Positions 29,930 to 40,777 of a stretch of DNA of 64,000 nt are shown in pieces. The first letter of the stretch is position 1. The number at the start of each line of letters is the position of its first letter. The notes under the pieces were generated by a model that worked only from the letters and a program-made list of their open reading frames with translations, was not told where the DNA came from and did not search any database. Origin of the DNA: Pseudomonadota bacterium (GTDB taxonomy: Bacteria > Pseudomonadota > Gammaproteobacteria > Burkholderiales > Burkholderiaceae_C); the NCBI GenBank assembly GCA_046050465.1, contig JBJOPS010000036.1, positions 48,180 through 112,179 of the forward strand. The letters run 5' to 3'. The position numbers and the translations under genes are program-made.

Positions 29930-30478
29930 TTAGCTCAGTTTGCCGCCCTGTAACGTCGCCAAAACTGCAAATGGATTGGCCTTTTCAGGGGTTTTCACCT
30001 CAAAATCCGGGTCAACCGCTTCCAGCCGCACCGCTGTGGGGCATTTTTCATGGCGTGGCACCAGCGGCAAATCCATCAGCAACTCGTCTTCCACCAGTTC
30101 CTGCAGGTTAAACGCCTGACTCTGCACCAGCACGTCCTCGTCAGACGCGTCGTCCTCGGCTTCGGCGGTTTCTTCGTCTGCCACAAAGCGGAACGGCCGG
30201 CTCACCGACAGGCGCACCTCCATCGGCCCCATGCAACGTTGGCACACCAGGGGCAGACTGGCGTCCGCGGTCAGGGTCAGCCAGACCTGGCCCTGGCCAC
30301 CGTTGCCCTGGCGCATCTCGCCATACGCTGCCCAGTGAACAGTCAAATCGGCACCTAACCCCCGTGTTTCCTTCATGAGACGCTCATATTTTGATAGCGT
30401 TTCATGCCCGGTGAGGCTTGCCTCTGCCTGGGCAAAAGCCCGCAAGTCGAGGTGGTGTGCGGCAAACGGATGTGTCAT
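29930..30478 (-). CDS. yceD: DUF177/YceD family protein (23S rRNA accumulation protein)
   Basis: 182-aa acidic protein with CQRC...HEKC, located upstream of rpmF. Confidence 0.8.
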   Translation of the reverse strand: MTHPFAAHHLDLRAFAQAEASLTGHETLSKYERLMKETRGLGADLTVHWAAYGEMRQGNGGQGQVWLTLTADASLPLVCQRCMGPMEVRLSVSRPFRFVADEETAEAEDDASDEDVLVQSQAFNLQELVEDELLMDLPLVPRHEKCPTAVRLEAVDPDFEVKTPEKANPFAVLATLQGGKLS

Positions 30479-30503
30479 GCACGCAGTGTAAGAGAATCAC
30501 GCC

Positions 30504-31097
30504 ATGTCGCACCTCGCCAACCGAAAACTCATTCTGGGCTCCACTTCCGTTTACCGGCGCGAGCTGCTGTCGCGCCTGCGCATCCCGTTCGACGTGGTGT
30601 CGCCCGAGGTGGACGAGACGCCTCACCCGTCTGAACCGCCGCAGCAGCTGGCCTGTCGCCTGGCCATGGCCAAGGCCCGCGCCGTGGCCGCCCGATACCC
30701 GGCCGGCGTGGTTATCGGCTCGGATCAGGTGGCTGATCTGGAAGGTGAACCGCTGGGCAAACCGCACACCCACGACCGTGCCGTCGAACAACTGCGCCGC
30801 ATGCGCGGCAAAACCGTGATCTTCCAGACCGCCGTGGCCGTGGTCTGCCAGGAAGCCAAATTCGCTCAAATGGATCTGGCACAGGTCAAAGTGACCTTCC
30901 GCGACCTGAGCGATGCCGAGATCGAGGCCTATTTGCTGGCCGAAACCCCCTACGACTGCGCGGGCAGTGCCAAAAGCGAGGGCCTGGGCATTGCCATTCT
31001 GGAAGCCATCGACAACGACGACCCGACCGCGCTGGTCGGACTGCCGCTGATCCGCACTTGCCGGATGCTGCGGGCAGCGGGTCTGGTGCTGTTATGA
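30504..31097 (+). CDS. maf: Maf-like nucleoside triphosphate pyrophosphatase
   Basis: 197 aa with LILGSTSVYRRELLSRL...GSDQV...GCAGSAKSEG. Divergent from yceD, as in E. coli yceF. Confidence 0.85.
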   Translation: MSHLANRKLILGSTSVYRRELLSRLRIPFDVVSPEVDETPHPSEPPQQLACRLAMAKARAVAARYPAGVVIGSDQVADLEGEPLGKPHTHDRAVEQLRRMRGKTVIFQTAVAVVCQEAKFAQMDLAQVKVTFRDLSDAEIEAYLLAETPYDCAGSAKSEGLGIAILEAIDNDDPTALVGLPLIRTCRMLRAAGLVLL

Positions 31098-31861
31098 CGG
31101 GTCGCCTCTATCTGGTACCTGCCCCGCTGGACTATGGCTGCGCCAGCGAAACCCCTTTATCGGATGTGATCCCCGCTGGCACGATGCAAGTCGCCGCCCG
31201 GCTGGAACACTGGGTCTGCGAAAACGCCAAAACCGCCCGCGCTTACCTGAAACGCATCAACGCGCTGCACCCGCTGTCCTCGCCGCTCCAGGCACTGCAG
31301 ATTCAGGAACTGCCGCGTGAGGTGCATAAAAAGGGCGACCACGGCGGCACGTTCGATGCCAAACACCTGCTAACCGTCGCCACGCAGGGTCACGACGTGG
31401 GCCTGCTCAGCGAAGCGGGTATGCCCGCCGTGGCCGACCCCGGCTCGTCTGTCGTGCGGGCTGCGCACGACCTGGGTATCGAGGTGATTGCGCTGGTCGG
31501 CCCCGTGTCGTTGCTGCTGGCGCTTGCGGCCAGTGGTCTGGGGGGGCAGAACTTTGCCTTTGTCGGCTACCTGCCGCAAGACGCTGCAGACCGTGTGCAA
31601 CGCATCCGCCAACTGGAATCACTGGCGCTTAAAACCGGTCAGACCCAGCTATTCATTGAGACGCCCTACCGCAACGCCGCGCTGTTGCAGGCACTTACGC
31701 AGACCCTGCAATCCAACACCCGCCTGTCCGTCAGCAGTGGGCTGACGCTGACCAGCGCCCACACGCGCAGCGAACTGGTGAAGCAATGGCGCCACAAGCC
31801 AGACAAACAACCCGGACAGCCAGACAACCAGACACCTGCCGTGTTTTGCATCGGTCGCTGA
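31094..31861 (+). CDS. SAM-dependent methyltransferase, tetrapyrrole-methylase superfamily (RsmI-like)
   Basis: Start at the ATG giving MTGRLYLVPAPL (ATGA overlap with the maf stop). LLSEAGMPAVADPGSSVVRAAHDLGIEVIALVGPVS resembles the RsmI core. Confidence 0.75.
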   Translation: MTGRLYLVPAPLDYGCASETPLSDVIPAGTMQVAARLEHWVCENAKTARAYLKRINALHPLSSPLQALQIQELPREVHKKGDHGGTFDAKHLLTVATQGHDVGLLSEAGMPAVADPGSSVVRAAHDLGIEVIALVGPVSLLLALAASGLGGQNFAFVGYLPQDAADRVQRIRQLESLALKTGQTQLFIETPYRNAALLQALTQTLQSNTRLSVSSGLTLTSAHTRSELVKQWRHKPDKQPGQPDNQTPAVFCIGR

Positions 31862-31866
31862 TTGCC

Positions 31867-32907
31867 CTATCGAAGGGCGGGAACGGCCTTCGCTGCGCGC
31901 ACACTGCCCTCGCCGATGGCTGCACCAAAACGCTTGACCAGCCGCTCGGCCACGTTCTCGCGCAGTGTGTAGTCCACAATTTCTTCGGCCTTTACCACCT
32001 CGCGAGCCACGTAATCCAGGTTGCCCAGTTCGTCTGCCAGTCCAAGGGAAATGGCCTGCTGCCCACTCCAGAACAGACCACTGAAGGTCTCTGGCGTTTC
32101 GTTCAGGCGCTTGCCGCGGCCGCTCTTCACGGCATCAATGAACTGTTTGTGGATTTCATCCAGCATGGTTTGGGCAAACACACGTTGCGTTTCAGTCTGC
32201 GGGCTGAAAGGATCGAGAAAGCCCTTGTTGGCGCCCGCCGTCATCAGGCGGCGCTCCACGCCGAGCTTGTCCATCAGGCCGGTAAAGCCAAAACCATCCA
32301 TCAGCACGCCAATGCTGCCGACGATGCTGGCCTTGTCCACAAAAATCCTGTCGGCAGACACGGCGATGTAATAGGCTGCCGATGCGCACGATTCCTCAAC
32401 CACTGCATAGACGGGCTTCTTATGAAGTTCCTTGAGCCGTCGTATCTCGTCGTTGATGATGCCGGCCTGAACCGGGCTGCCACCGGGGGAATTAATCAGC
32501 AACACAACGGCCTGCGCGCCGTTGTCCTCAAAGGCGCTACGCGCGGCCGCCACCACAAACTCCGCACTGGCCTCAGCCCCGGAGGCAATCTCGCCCTTGA
32601 TTTGTACCACTGCGGTATGCACAGAGGACACATCGGCTGACGGCCCGCTGCGACTCATCATCGCCCAGGCCATAAAGATAAAAAACGCCAGCCAGGCCAG
32701 GCGCACAAAGGTACGCCAGCGCCGCGTGGCCCGCTGTTCGTCCAGCGCGGCAAATGCCAGTTTCTCCAGCGTCGAGCGTTCCCAGCCGGGTTGATCGATC
32801 ACGCCTGGTTTAGCTATGTTTTTTGTAGCTTCTTGCACATATTCAATGGGGCCTTCAGGCCGATTTGGCTCTGAATTTTGGTCTTCCTGGCGTATGGGAT
32901 CAGTCAT
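31867..32907 (-). CDS. sppA: signal peptide peptidase SppA, 36K type (S49)
   Basis: 346 aa with an S49 core (LLINSPGGSPVQ...AASAAYYIAVSADRIF). The N-terminal 30 codons cover repeat copy 6. Alternative in-frame GTG start at 32802. Confidence 0.85.
   Translation of the reverse strand: MTDPIRQEDQNSEPNRPEGPIEYVQEATKNIAKPGVIDQPGWERSTLEKLAFAALDEQRATRRWRTFVRLAWLAFFIFMAWAMMSRSGPSADVSSVHTAVVQIKGEIASGAEASAEFVVAAARSAFEDNGAQAVVLLINSPGGSPVQAGIINDEIRRLKELHKKPVYAVVEESCASAAYYIAVSADRIFVDKASIVGSIGVLMDGFGFTGLMDKLGVERRLMTAGANKGFLDPFSPQTETQRVFAQTMLDEIHKQFIDAVKSGRGKRLNETPETFSGLFWSGQQAISLGLADELGNLDYVAREVVKAEEIVDYTLRENVAERLVKRFGAAIGEGSVRAAKAVPALR
32813..32866 (+). repeat. 55-nt interspersed repeat, copy 6
   Basis: GCTATgttttttgTAGCTtcttgcacATATTcaatgGGGCcttcaGGCCgattt, between the Rieske gene stop and the conserved part of sppA. 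Confidence 0.85.
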
Positions 32908-32909
32908 TC

Positions 32910-33278
32910 TCAGAACTCGATGGGTTTCAGGTTATGCGCAGTATGCCAGTGCACGACTCCGTCAAACTCGGTCAGGGCAATTTTGACCAGACCACCTCGG
33001 CAAGGCCCGCCAAGACAGGCTCCGGTAGAGGGGCTGTACATCGCGCCGTGGGTGGCGCACATCAGCCACTGGCCGGAACTGTCAAAAAAACGATTGGGCT
33101 GGTAGTCCATCTCCATTGGCACATGGGCACAGCGGTTCAGGTAGGCATGCACCTTGCCTGCGTGGCGAACCGCGAAGGCTCGGCAGGTCTGGCCCAGGTA
33201 GATCACGTCAAAGGGAACGGCCTGACCACTGTCTTGCAGGTCAGGCGCGTTGCACAATGGAATCAGTGCTTCAGCCAT
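32910..33278 (-). CDS. Rieske (2Fe-2S) domain protein
   Basis: 122 aa with CAHVPME...CATHGAMY (C-x-H ... C-x-x-H). Confidence 0.75.
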   Translation of the reverse strand: MAEALIPLCNAPDLQDSGQAVPFDVIYLGQTCRAFAVRHAGKVHAYLNRCAHVPMEMDYQPNRFFDSSGQWLMCATHGAMYSPSTGACLGGPCRGGLVKIALTEFDGVVHWHTAHNLKPIEF

Positions 33279-33930
33279 GGGTTACCAGCCAGTCGTGCAG
33301 TTCCTGTACCGAATGCGCCACAAAACGCGGCTGCAAAACATTAAATGCAACCGGCTCGTGGGCACCATAACTTACGCCCACACTGGCGCAACCGGCGTTC
33401 AGCGCCATTTGCAGATCGTGCGTGGTGTCACCAATCATCAAGGTGCGCTCGGGTGCCACACCAAATTCGGCCATCAATTCCTGCAACATCAGCGGATGCG
33501 GTTTACCTGCTGTTTCATCGGCGGTGCGCGATCCATCAAACACACCCTTGAGTTCTACGGCCTGCAAGGCTTCGTCCAGCCCATGACGGCTCTTTCCCGT
33601 GGCCACAGTAAGCAGGTGGTGGCGCATTTTCAACTCTGCCAGTAGCGGCAACACGCCGTCAAACAGGCTGATGTCGTCCTGGTGTGCAATGTAATGGTGG
33701 CGGTAGCGAGCGCCCAGCTCCGGGTATTTGTCTTTGGGCACATCCGGCGCCGCATGGGCCAACGCCTGCATCAACGCCATGCCAATCACATACGACGCAT
33801 CCTTGTCGCTGGGTACTGTGCCACCCACATCGCGCACCGCCATCTGGATGCAGCGCGTGATGATGGCAGTGGAATCAAACAGGGTGCCATCCCAGTCAAA
33901 GGCGATCAGGTCAAATTGTCTGGCTTTCAC
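33271..33930 (-). CDS. HAD-superfamily hydrolase (phosphoglycolate phosphatase-like)
   Basis: 219 aa with the DWDGTL motif I, TGKS, and GDTTHD motif IV. Confidence 0.8.
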   Translation of the reverse strand: MKARQFDLIAFDWDGTLFDSTAIITRCIQMAVRDVGGTVPSDKDASYVIGMALMQALAHAAPDVPKDKYPELGARYRHHYIAHQDDISLFDGVLPLLAELKMRHHLLTVATGKSRHGLDEALQAVELKGVFDGSRTADETAGKPHPLMLQELMAEFGVAPERTLMIGDTTHDLQMALNAGCASVGVSYGAHEPVAFNVLQPRFVAHSVQELHDWLVTHG

Positions 33931-34994
33931 GTGGATTTGGCCTTGTTCGTGAGTGCAGTCCTATTCAATTGCACAAAATTCTCCAGCTCAGTCGGCAGCG
34001 GCGCGGTCAACGACAACGTATCAAGGGTCACCGGATGGGTTGCCGTCAGCCGCCAGGCGTGCAAAAACATGCGTTTGAGGCCGCGCTTGTGCAGCCCCTT
34101 GTTCAACTCGAAGTCTCCGTATTTGTCATCACCAGCAATGGGACAACCTTCGCTGGCCAGGTGTACACGGATCTGATGGGTGCGGCCGGTCTTGATAGTA
34201 ACTTCCAGCAAGGTAAAGCCGTTGAGCTTCTCCGCAATTTTTACCAACGTGACCGATTTCAAGCCGTCCGGATCGTCACGCCCCACCACCTTGACCCGGC
34301 GCTCGCCCTCCCCAGCTGCACCATCTGCGCCAGCCAGCAGGAATTTCTGGAGCGGCTTGTCCAGCACCTTTTTATTGGCGGGCCAGTTCCCGACCACCAG
34401 CGCCAGGTAGGTTTTGCCGGTTTCGCGTTCCCTGAACTGGTCCTGCAGGTGTTTCAGCGCGCTGCGTTTTTTGGCAACCAGCAAAATGCCGCTGGTTTCG
34501 CGGTCCAGCCGGTGCACCAGCTCCAAAAATCTGGCCTGTGGTCTGGCCATGCGCAAGGTTTCAATCACACCAAAACTCACACCAGAACCACCGTGCACAG
34601 CAATACCGGCTGGTTTGTCAATCGCCAGCACATGCTCGTCTTCCATCAAGACCGGAAATTCGCGGGCAGGCACGCCACGAGCCTTGGCCTGGGCGACCGT
34701 TTCTGCCATAGCTTGTGCTTTCTCCGCCATCCGTTCGGACAACCGTACCGGGGGCACACGCACCAAATCCCCCGCGTCTACCCGGGTGTCTGCCGTAGCA
34801 CGGCCCTTGTTCACCCGCACTTCACCGCTGCGGATGATGCGGTAAACGTGGGTTTTGGGCACGCCTTTGAGCAGCCGGATCAGGAAATTATCCAGCCGCT
34901 GGCCTGCGCAATTCTCGTCCACGAGAACACCTTGCACTTTGGGAAATACTTCCGTGAACCGCAGGGACTGATTGCCCTCTATAATGTGTTTCAC
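33927..34994 (-). CDS. rluC: 23S rRNA pseudouridine synthase RluC
   Basis: 355 aa with an S4 domain plus the HRLDRETSG catalytic motif. Divergent from rne, as in E. coli. GTG start. Confidence 0.88.
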   Translation of the reverse strand: MKHIIEGNQSLRFTEVFPKVQGVLVDENCAGQRLDNFLIRLLKGVPKTHVYRIIRSGEVRVNKGRATADTRVDAGDLVRVPPVRLSERMAEKAQAMAETVAQAKARGVPAREFPVLMEDEHVLAIDKPAGIAVHGGSGVSFGVIETLRMARPQARFLELVHRLDRETSGILLVAKKRSALKHLQDQFRERETGKTYLALVVGNWPANKKVLDKPLQKFLLAGADGAAGEGERRVKVVGRDDPDGLKSVTLVKIAEKLNGFTLLEVTIKTGRTHQIRVHLASEGCPIAGDDKYGDFELNKGLHKRGLKRMFLHAWRLTATHPVTLDTLSLTAPLPTELENFVQLNRTALTNKAKST

Positions 34995-35540
34995 TCGCGA
35001 TGTGCTGTAAGTGGTTGATTTAGCTGATAGTTAATTCGAAGTCTGGAGTGGAGTTTAGTCCACCCTCAACAAGCAGCCCCGCCAGGATAGGTCGATGCCG
35101 CCCGGTGGCATTGCCTGCAGACTGAAGGCCAACGCCAACAGTGGCACGCAACCCGCCAGGTTAAAGCCGACGAATTGAAACACTGATACGGAATACCGAA
35201 GCCTGCAAGCGCATCGCTTGCAGGCGGATCAAAGCGACATGTTTGTGTTGATGAGCCTGATTTTTACCTGCCTGCAGCGCGTTTTCGCGTTGACTGTTGG
35301 CTGGAATCGGCTCGCCACGCCCGCAAAACGGGCGAGAAACGCTTATCTTTTGATAGCACCTCCACAGCAACATCTCCTCGCTGCTATCCACGCGCCTAAC
35401 GCCAGACTCACCATTTGAGTCACGGCTTCCCGGCAATTCCCTTCGTTTCAACGCGTCAGTTCAGGCCTCGTTTGCTCATATCGGGCATGTGAAGAAGAGT
35501 CGCAAGACTCCTGTGAAACTGAACAAGAAGGAAATGCGTC
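34995..35540 (+). promoter_or_regulatory. rluC-rne divergent promoter region and long structured rne 5' leader
   Basis: 546-bp non-coding gap before rne with several strong hairpins, for example a perfect 11-bp stem GCCTGCAAGCG-cat-CGCTTGCAGGC at 35201-35225. RNase E genes are known to carry autoregulatory 5' UTRs. Confidence 0.5.
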
Positions 35541-38378
35541 ATGAAACGGATGCTGATAAACGCCACGCAGGCTGAAGAACGCCGCCTGGCCATTGTCGAT
35601 GGACAAAAACTCCTCGACTATGAAATCGAAATCGAAGGGCGCGAACAGCGCAAAGGCAACATCTACAAGGCGGTGGTGACCCGCGTCGAGCCTTCGCTCG
35701 AAGCCTGTTTTGTCGATTACGGTGAAGACCGCCACGGCTTCCTGCCCTTCAAGGAAATCTCGCGCATGTACTTCAAGGAAGGCGTGCCGGTGAGCCAGGC
35801 ACGCATCCAGGACGTCATCAAGGAAGGGCAGGAAATGCTCGTCCAGGTCGAAAAGGAAGAGCGCGGCAACAAGGGCGCGGCGCTGACCACCATGGTCTCG
35901 CTGGCCGGGCGCTACGTGGTGCTGATGCCCAACAACCCGCGTGGCGGTGGCGTGAGCCGCCGCATCGAGGGCGACGACCGCGCCGAACTCAAGGAAGCGC
36001 TGGACCAGCTCGAATATCCGCAAGGCATGAGCATCATTGCACGCACCGCCGGCATTGGCCGCAGCGCGTCTGAGCTGCAATGGGACCTGAACTACCTGCT
36101 CAAGCTGTGGACGGCGATCGACGGTGCGTCCAAAACCGGCAAGGGGGCTTTTCTGATTTACCAGGAGTCCAGCCTCGTCATCCGTGCCATCCGTGACTAC
36201 TTCAACCACGACATCGGCGACATTCTGATCGACACCGATGACGTGTTTGAGCAGGCCCAGCAGTTCATGGCCCACGTCATGCCCGAGCATGCTGCCCGCG
36301 TCAAGCGCTACCGTGATGACGCACCGCTGTTCAGCCGTTTCCAGATCGAGCATCAGATCGAATCGGCCTACGCCCGCACCGTGACCCTGCCTTCGGGCGG
36401 CGCCATCGTCATCGACCACACCGAAGCCCTGGTGAGCGTGGACGTGAACTCGGCCCGCGCCATCCGTGGTGGTGACATTGAAGAAACCGCCACCCGCACC
36501 AACCTGGAGGCCGCTGACGAGGTGGCACGCCAGATGCGCCTGCGCGACTTGGGTGGCCTGATCGTCATCGACTTCATCGACATGGAAGAGTCGCGCAACC
36601 GCCGCGAAGTCGAAAACCGCCTGCGCGACGCCCTGCGCCAGGACCGCGCCCGCGTGCAGTTCGGCACCATCAGCAAATTCGGCCTGATGGAGATGAGCCG
36701 CCAGCGCCTGCGCCCGGCCTTGAGCGAAGGCGCGTCCATTCCCTGCCCACGCTGCGGCGGCGCCGGCCATATCCGCGACACGGAAAGCTCCGCGCTGCAG
36801 ATTCTGCGCATCATTCAGGAAGAATCGCTCAAGGACAACACCGCCTCGGTGCTGTGCCAGGTGCCGGTCGATGTGGCGTCATTCCTGTTGAATGAAAAAC
36901 GCACCGAAATCGCCAAGATCGAACTCAAGCAACGCATCAACGTGCTGATGGTGCCTAACAAGACGCTGGAAACACCCAATTACAAACTGGAGCGCCTCAA
37001 GCACGACGACCCGCGCCTGGACAGCATCGATGCAAGCTATAAGCTGGCTGAAGAGGTCGAAGATCCAACCTCGGTGACGCGTCGCTCCCAAGAGCCCACG
37101 AACAAGCAAACGCCCATCATCAAAGGCGTGCTGCCGGATGCGCCCGCCCCCGTTGCTGTGCCACGTGCTGAATCCCAGAAGGTTCAGGCGCCGGCGGCAC
37201 GTGTGGCGGCAGCCTCCGGTACGGTTGAAACCGGCTTCTTTGGCTGGATCAAAAGCCTGTTTGGTGGTGCTTCTGCAGTCCCGGCCCAGGTTCAAAAATC
37301 TGGCGCCAAAGAAGAAAAAGCAAATGGCAAAGGTAGTCGTGATGGTATCCATCGCCCGGAGAATCGAGCCGATGGACGCAGCGAAGGTCGTACTGGACGT
37401 GGTAGTCGTGGTAGTCGAGGCGGCAAAAATGATCGTTCGAGCTCACGCGAACGGCTAAATGCAGAGGGCAGGCCAACTCCACTGGAGCAAAGTGGCACTG
37501 CGCAACAACCCGCAGCTGGCCAGAGCCACAATGCAATCAGAGGAGAAATTCGTGGAGAGCGCCCGGAACGTGGCCAGCGTGCCCAGCGTGGAGAACGAGG
37601 TCGTGCAGCAGGGGAGCGTCCAGAAAACAGCGACCACCAGGAACGTGGCAATCGTCATGATCGGGTAGAAACAAGCAATGAGGCCGCTCGTGAAAACCGT
37701 AGTGGGCGCAATAATAATGGCCGCCGCTTGAATACCCCGGCGGTAGGTGAGAGCACACCCAATCCAGATGCCGCAACTGCGCACACATCTGGACACGGGC
37801 AAACTGAAGGGGGGCAGGGTGGTCGTGATAAACGCGCCCGAGACCGCTATGGTCGTGAGCGCGGGCCACGTGGTGATCGCAATGATCGTGGCGGCGATCG
37901 TCAGGATCGTCCGGCAGACGAAAACCGACAGGAACACGGTCAGGAAATAATCATTGAGCATCAGGAATCCACCTTGGAGGGCCTGCAAGCAGTAAAAGAC
38001 CGTGCACCTCAAATGGCGGTGACGGCTGCCCCGGCCCCCATGATGGTGCCATCTCCACCTGCAATAACAATTCATCCCCCGGTTGTCACAGCGGCTGCTC
38101 CTGTGGTGACAGGACTTCCAAAGGTTCAATCCTTCGAATTACCACTGAACCATCTCACACAACTTGCCCAGGCATCGGGCCTGAGTTGGGTCAATTCGAA
38201 CGCCGAGAAAATTGCACGGGTGCAAGCAATGATTGCAGCTGAACCCAAAACGGTTCATGTGCCACGCGAGCGACCAGTTCCCGTGCAGCTTGACCAAGGC
38301 CCACTCATACTTGTGCAAACCCGGCGTGATCTGCGTGACCTGATCCTGCCGTTTGAAAGCACGACGTCAGAAGAATAG
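35541..38378 (+). CDS. rne: ribonuclease E
   Basis: 945 aa with an S1 domain, the catalytic core, the Zn-link [12 protein letters not shown], and an Arg/Glu-rich scaffold C-terminus. Confidence 0.93.
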   Translation: MKRMLINATQAEERRLAIVDGQKLLDYEIEIEGREQRKGNIYKAVVTRVEPSLEACFVDYGEDRHGFLPFKEISRMYFKEGVPVSQARIQDVIKEGQEMLVQVEKEERGNKGAALTTMVSLAGRYVVLMPNNPRGGGVSRRIEGDDRAELKEALDQLEYPQGMSIIARTAGIGRSASELQWDLNYLLKLWTAIDGASKTGKGAFLIYQESSLVIRAIRDYFNHDIGDILIDTDDVFEQAQQFMAHVMPEHAARVKRYRDDAPLFSRFQIEHQIESAYARTVTLPSGGAIVIDHTEALVSVDVNSARAIRGGDIEETATRTNLEAADEVARQMRLRDLGGLIVIDFIDMEESRNRREVENRLRDALRQDRARVQFGTISKFGLMEMSRQRLRPALSEGASIPCPRCGGAGHIRDTESSALQILRIIQEESLKDNTASVLCQVPVDVASFLLNEKRTEIAKIELKQRINVLMVPNKTLETPNYKLERLKHDDPRLDSIDASYKLAEEVEDPTSVTRRSQEPTNKQTPIIKGVLPDAPAPVAVPRAESQKVQAPAARVAAASGTVETGFFGWIKSLFGGASAVPAQVQKSGAKEEKANGKGSRDGIHRPENRADGRSEGRTGRGSRGSRGGKNDRSSSRERLNAEGRPTPLEQSGTAQQPAAGQSHNAIRGEIRGERPERGQRAQRGERGRAAGERPENSDHQERGNRHDRVETSNEAARENRSGRNNNGRRLNTPAVGESTPNPDAATAHTSGHGQTEGGQGGRDKRARDRYGRERGPRGDRNDRGGDRQDRPADENRQEHGQEIIIEHQESTLEGLQAVKDRAPQMAVTAAPAPMMVPSPPAITIHPPVVTAAAPVVTGLPKVQSFELPLNHLTQLAQASGLSWVNSNAEKIARVQAMIAAEPKTVHVPRERPVPVQLDQGPLILVQTRRDLRDLILPFESTTSEE

Positions 38379-39683
38379 GCTGATTGCCGCCGCCGGGGGT
38401 GGGGTTATTCTCTGCGCGGCGTTGCGGTACGCCTGCGCAGCTGCTTCTCCGTCTCCGCGGCGCTGCGCCATTTCGGCCAGTGAGCGCCAGGCATTTCTGC
38501 ACAGCGCCTCATCTCTCAAACCGGCCAGCGAGTGCGTCAACAGCTGCTGTGCTTTGCCCCATAGCTGCAAGTGCATGCATGTGATGCCGGCAAGGTACTG
38601 CAGCAGTACGTCACCCGGTTTGTTCATCTGGGCTGTTTCAATGCGTGTCAGCCACGCTGCATCAGGGGCCCCTGATGCTTTAGAAAAACCCTCTTCCAGC
38701 ACACGGACTACCCGTACCCTCTGTAACCAAGACATGGGCGACTGCTCGTTCGCCATACCATCCCAAACCGGTAGCAACCAGTTACGCGACATGACGATAT
38801 CTGCACCTAACACCACGGTACGCTCAGCGGCAGCTATGGCTACTTCCGGCATGGCGCGCTCGGATTCATCAAGTTGCGCCCAAGCTTTGCGCAGCTGAGC
38901 CTCATCGTGAGCTGCTGCAATCAGTTCCAGTGCCAGGCCACACAATACGCCCTGTGCAGCTGATGCCGAGAAAGCCCTGTGATTAGCCAGCAATCGCGCC
39001 GTCTCAAGTGCCACACCAGTTCTGCGAGCCATCCTGGCTGCCCGCAAACGCAGACGCAGTGCCAGCGTACGCCTGGCCGTACCGACTGGCAGTTCATCCA
39101 GATGTTTGAATGCTATGGTCGCATTACGATCATGCACAGCCCAGCATGCCGCACGCAACTGCACACCATCACGGGCCTCCTGCGCATCGTGAACGTTTAT
39201 CTGCCCCATAGCCAGAAGGTAATGCTCGTCACGTACAACTTTGTCCTGCAAAGCATGGGCACTTTCACTTACCAATAGATGGGATAACGCCAGCAACCGT
39301 GAGGCATAGGGAAGCTTGTCCCCACCTTGGGCGAGAGATTTCCCCTGTACCAAAACCTGCTCAGCTGCCTTGCGTGCTCGGAGAAAACGGCCAGCCAAGA
39401 GGTTGAATAAGGCATCCAGCAACGCCACATGCATGGCCCGCTCCCTATGCTGTAATCGCCAGCGTCTGGCATGGTCCGGCATGGCAAACAGGGCAGCCAG
39501 TGCCCGTATGGCCAGATGCAGTACAAAAAAAGTGGTCAGTAAACCCAGCACTGCCAAATTTAGCGACAAATCAACCCGATAGGGGGGCCAGAAGACCGTG
39601 ATGGTGCTTTCGTTATTGCCGGCAAAAAGCGCACCGGCCACCGCCATGCAGAAAAGCGCCAGAAACCAGAATGCACTGCGCAT
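38367..39683 (-). CDS. hemY: heme biosynthesis protein HemY-like (TPR membrane protein)
   Basis: 438 aa with a HemY_N-type N-terminus (two TM helices). Last gene of the hemCDXY order. Its 3' end overlaps the rne 3' end by 12 nt. Confidence 0.75.
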   Translation of the reverse strand: MRSAFWFLALFCMAVAGALFAGNNESTITVFWPPYRVDLSLNLAVLGLLTTFFVLHLAIRALAALFAMPDHARRWRLQHRERAMHVALLDALFNLLAGRFLRARKAAEQVLVQGKSLAQGGDKLPYASRLLALSHLLVSESAHALQDKVVRDEHYLLAMGQINVHDAQEARDGVQLRAACWAVHDRNATIAFKHLDELPVGTARRTLALRLRLRAARMARRTGVALETARLLANHRAFSASAAQGVLCGLALELIAAAHDEAQLRKAWAQLDESERAMPEVAIAAAERTVVLGADIVMSRNWLLPVWDGMANEQSPMSWLQRVRVVRVLEEGFSKASGAPDAAWLTRIETAQMNKPGDVLLQYLAGITCMHLQLWGKAQQLLTHSLAGLRDEALCRNAWRSLAEMAQRRGDGEAAAQAYRNAAQRITPPPAAAISLFF

Positions 39684-39685
39684 GG

Positions 39686-40777
39686 TTAACGACCAGCTGC
39701 CGCTGTGGCCAGCGCAGCAAATGTTTCCTCCACCCGGGGCAGCTCAAGCGTCTGCATTTGCATCTGCGCCTGCTGAAACAGGCCCGCCGCAACCTGCGTC
39801 TTGCGGGCGCCAGGATCAAAATATTTTTGCAGGGACAACACGGCTGACGCCAGATCGGCACGCGACGACTCCATCTGCCGGGCAAGCAGTCCCAGCCGTG
39901 CATTGAGCAGTTTGAGCTTGAGGTTTTCACGAACAAAGAACGATTGCTCCGGCGACAACAAGGCGGCCTCTGGCTGCTCGATCCGGCTTACGCGCAGCAG
40001 GTTTCTGGTCTCGCGCCACACCAGTAAAAGGCCTTGTTCCCACCAGGTCGCAGGCCTTTGCTCGGGTGCCACCACCTGCGCGTTCATGACTGCCGGGGAC
40101 GCCACTGCGTTAGCCAGCGGCAGGTCGTCGACCAGACGAACCAGCTCATCCATGCGAACCAGCAAGGCGGGCATGTCAGAAACGGCCGTCGCCTTGATGC
40201 GGGCAATATCGCGGCCAATGGCGCGCTGCAGTGGCGTCAGGCGCGGCTGGGCAGCACGGGCAATGCGCTGCTCCGCACTTTTGAGAGTGGCCAACAGCGG
40301 GTCCACGCTGCCTGTGAGTTGCGCCTGCTGCTGCGCCAGCCGCACGGCCGATTCGATGTCAACCACGAGATTCTCGTCCCGTGAGCGCGAAAGGCTTTGA
40401 ATCAGCCCCTCCAGCTGGCTGCGCTGCAGGGCGACTTCGCTCAAACGGGCATCAAAAACGGCGACCCGCGCTGCCGTTTCCTGCGCAAGCTCCTGTGACC
40501 GGTGCGCAATGATGCGGGCTTCCATGGCCTGCGTTGTGGCCTCGGCACTCTGACGGGCAAGCCTTTCCTGAATATTGGCAATTTTTTGCCACAACAACCC
40601 ACTGCTCACCAGCGCCAACAACAGCAATACGCCGACAGCCAGCGCCAGACCCCGCGGGATCGTCACCCCATTGGGGCGGACAGGCGGCAAATCAACATCC
40701 GGTGCGGGAGCAGCGTCCACTACGGCCACGCGGTTCTCCAAGGCCACGGCACCGTCGTTGGCAGGGTCGGGATTCAT
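39686..40777 (-). CDS. hemX: HemX-like membrane protein (uroporphyrinogen-III C-methyltransferase family name)
   Basis: Start at the ATG giving MNPDPANDG (ATGA overlap with the hemD stop). One TM segment plus a long coiled coil. The ORF track over-extends to 40906. Confidence 0.7.
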   Translation of the reverse strand: MNPDPANDGAVALENRVAVVDAAPAPDVDLPPVRPNGVTIPRGLALAVGVLLLLALVSSGLLWQKIANIQERLARQSAEATTQAMEARIIAHRSQELAQETAARVAVFDARLSEVALQRSQLEGLIQSLSRSRDENLVVDIESAVRLAQQQAQLTGSVDPLLATLKSAEQRIARAAQPRLTPLQRAIGRDIARIKATAVSDMPALLVRMDELVRLVDDLPLANAVASPAVMNAQVVAPEQRPATWWEQGLLLVWRETRNLLRVSRIEQPEAALLSPEQSFFVRENLKLKLLNARLGLLARQMESSRADLASAVLSLQKYFDPGARKTQVAAGLFQQAQMQMQTLELPRVEETFAALATAAAGR

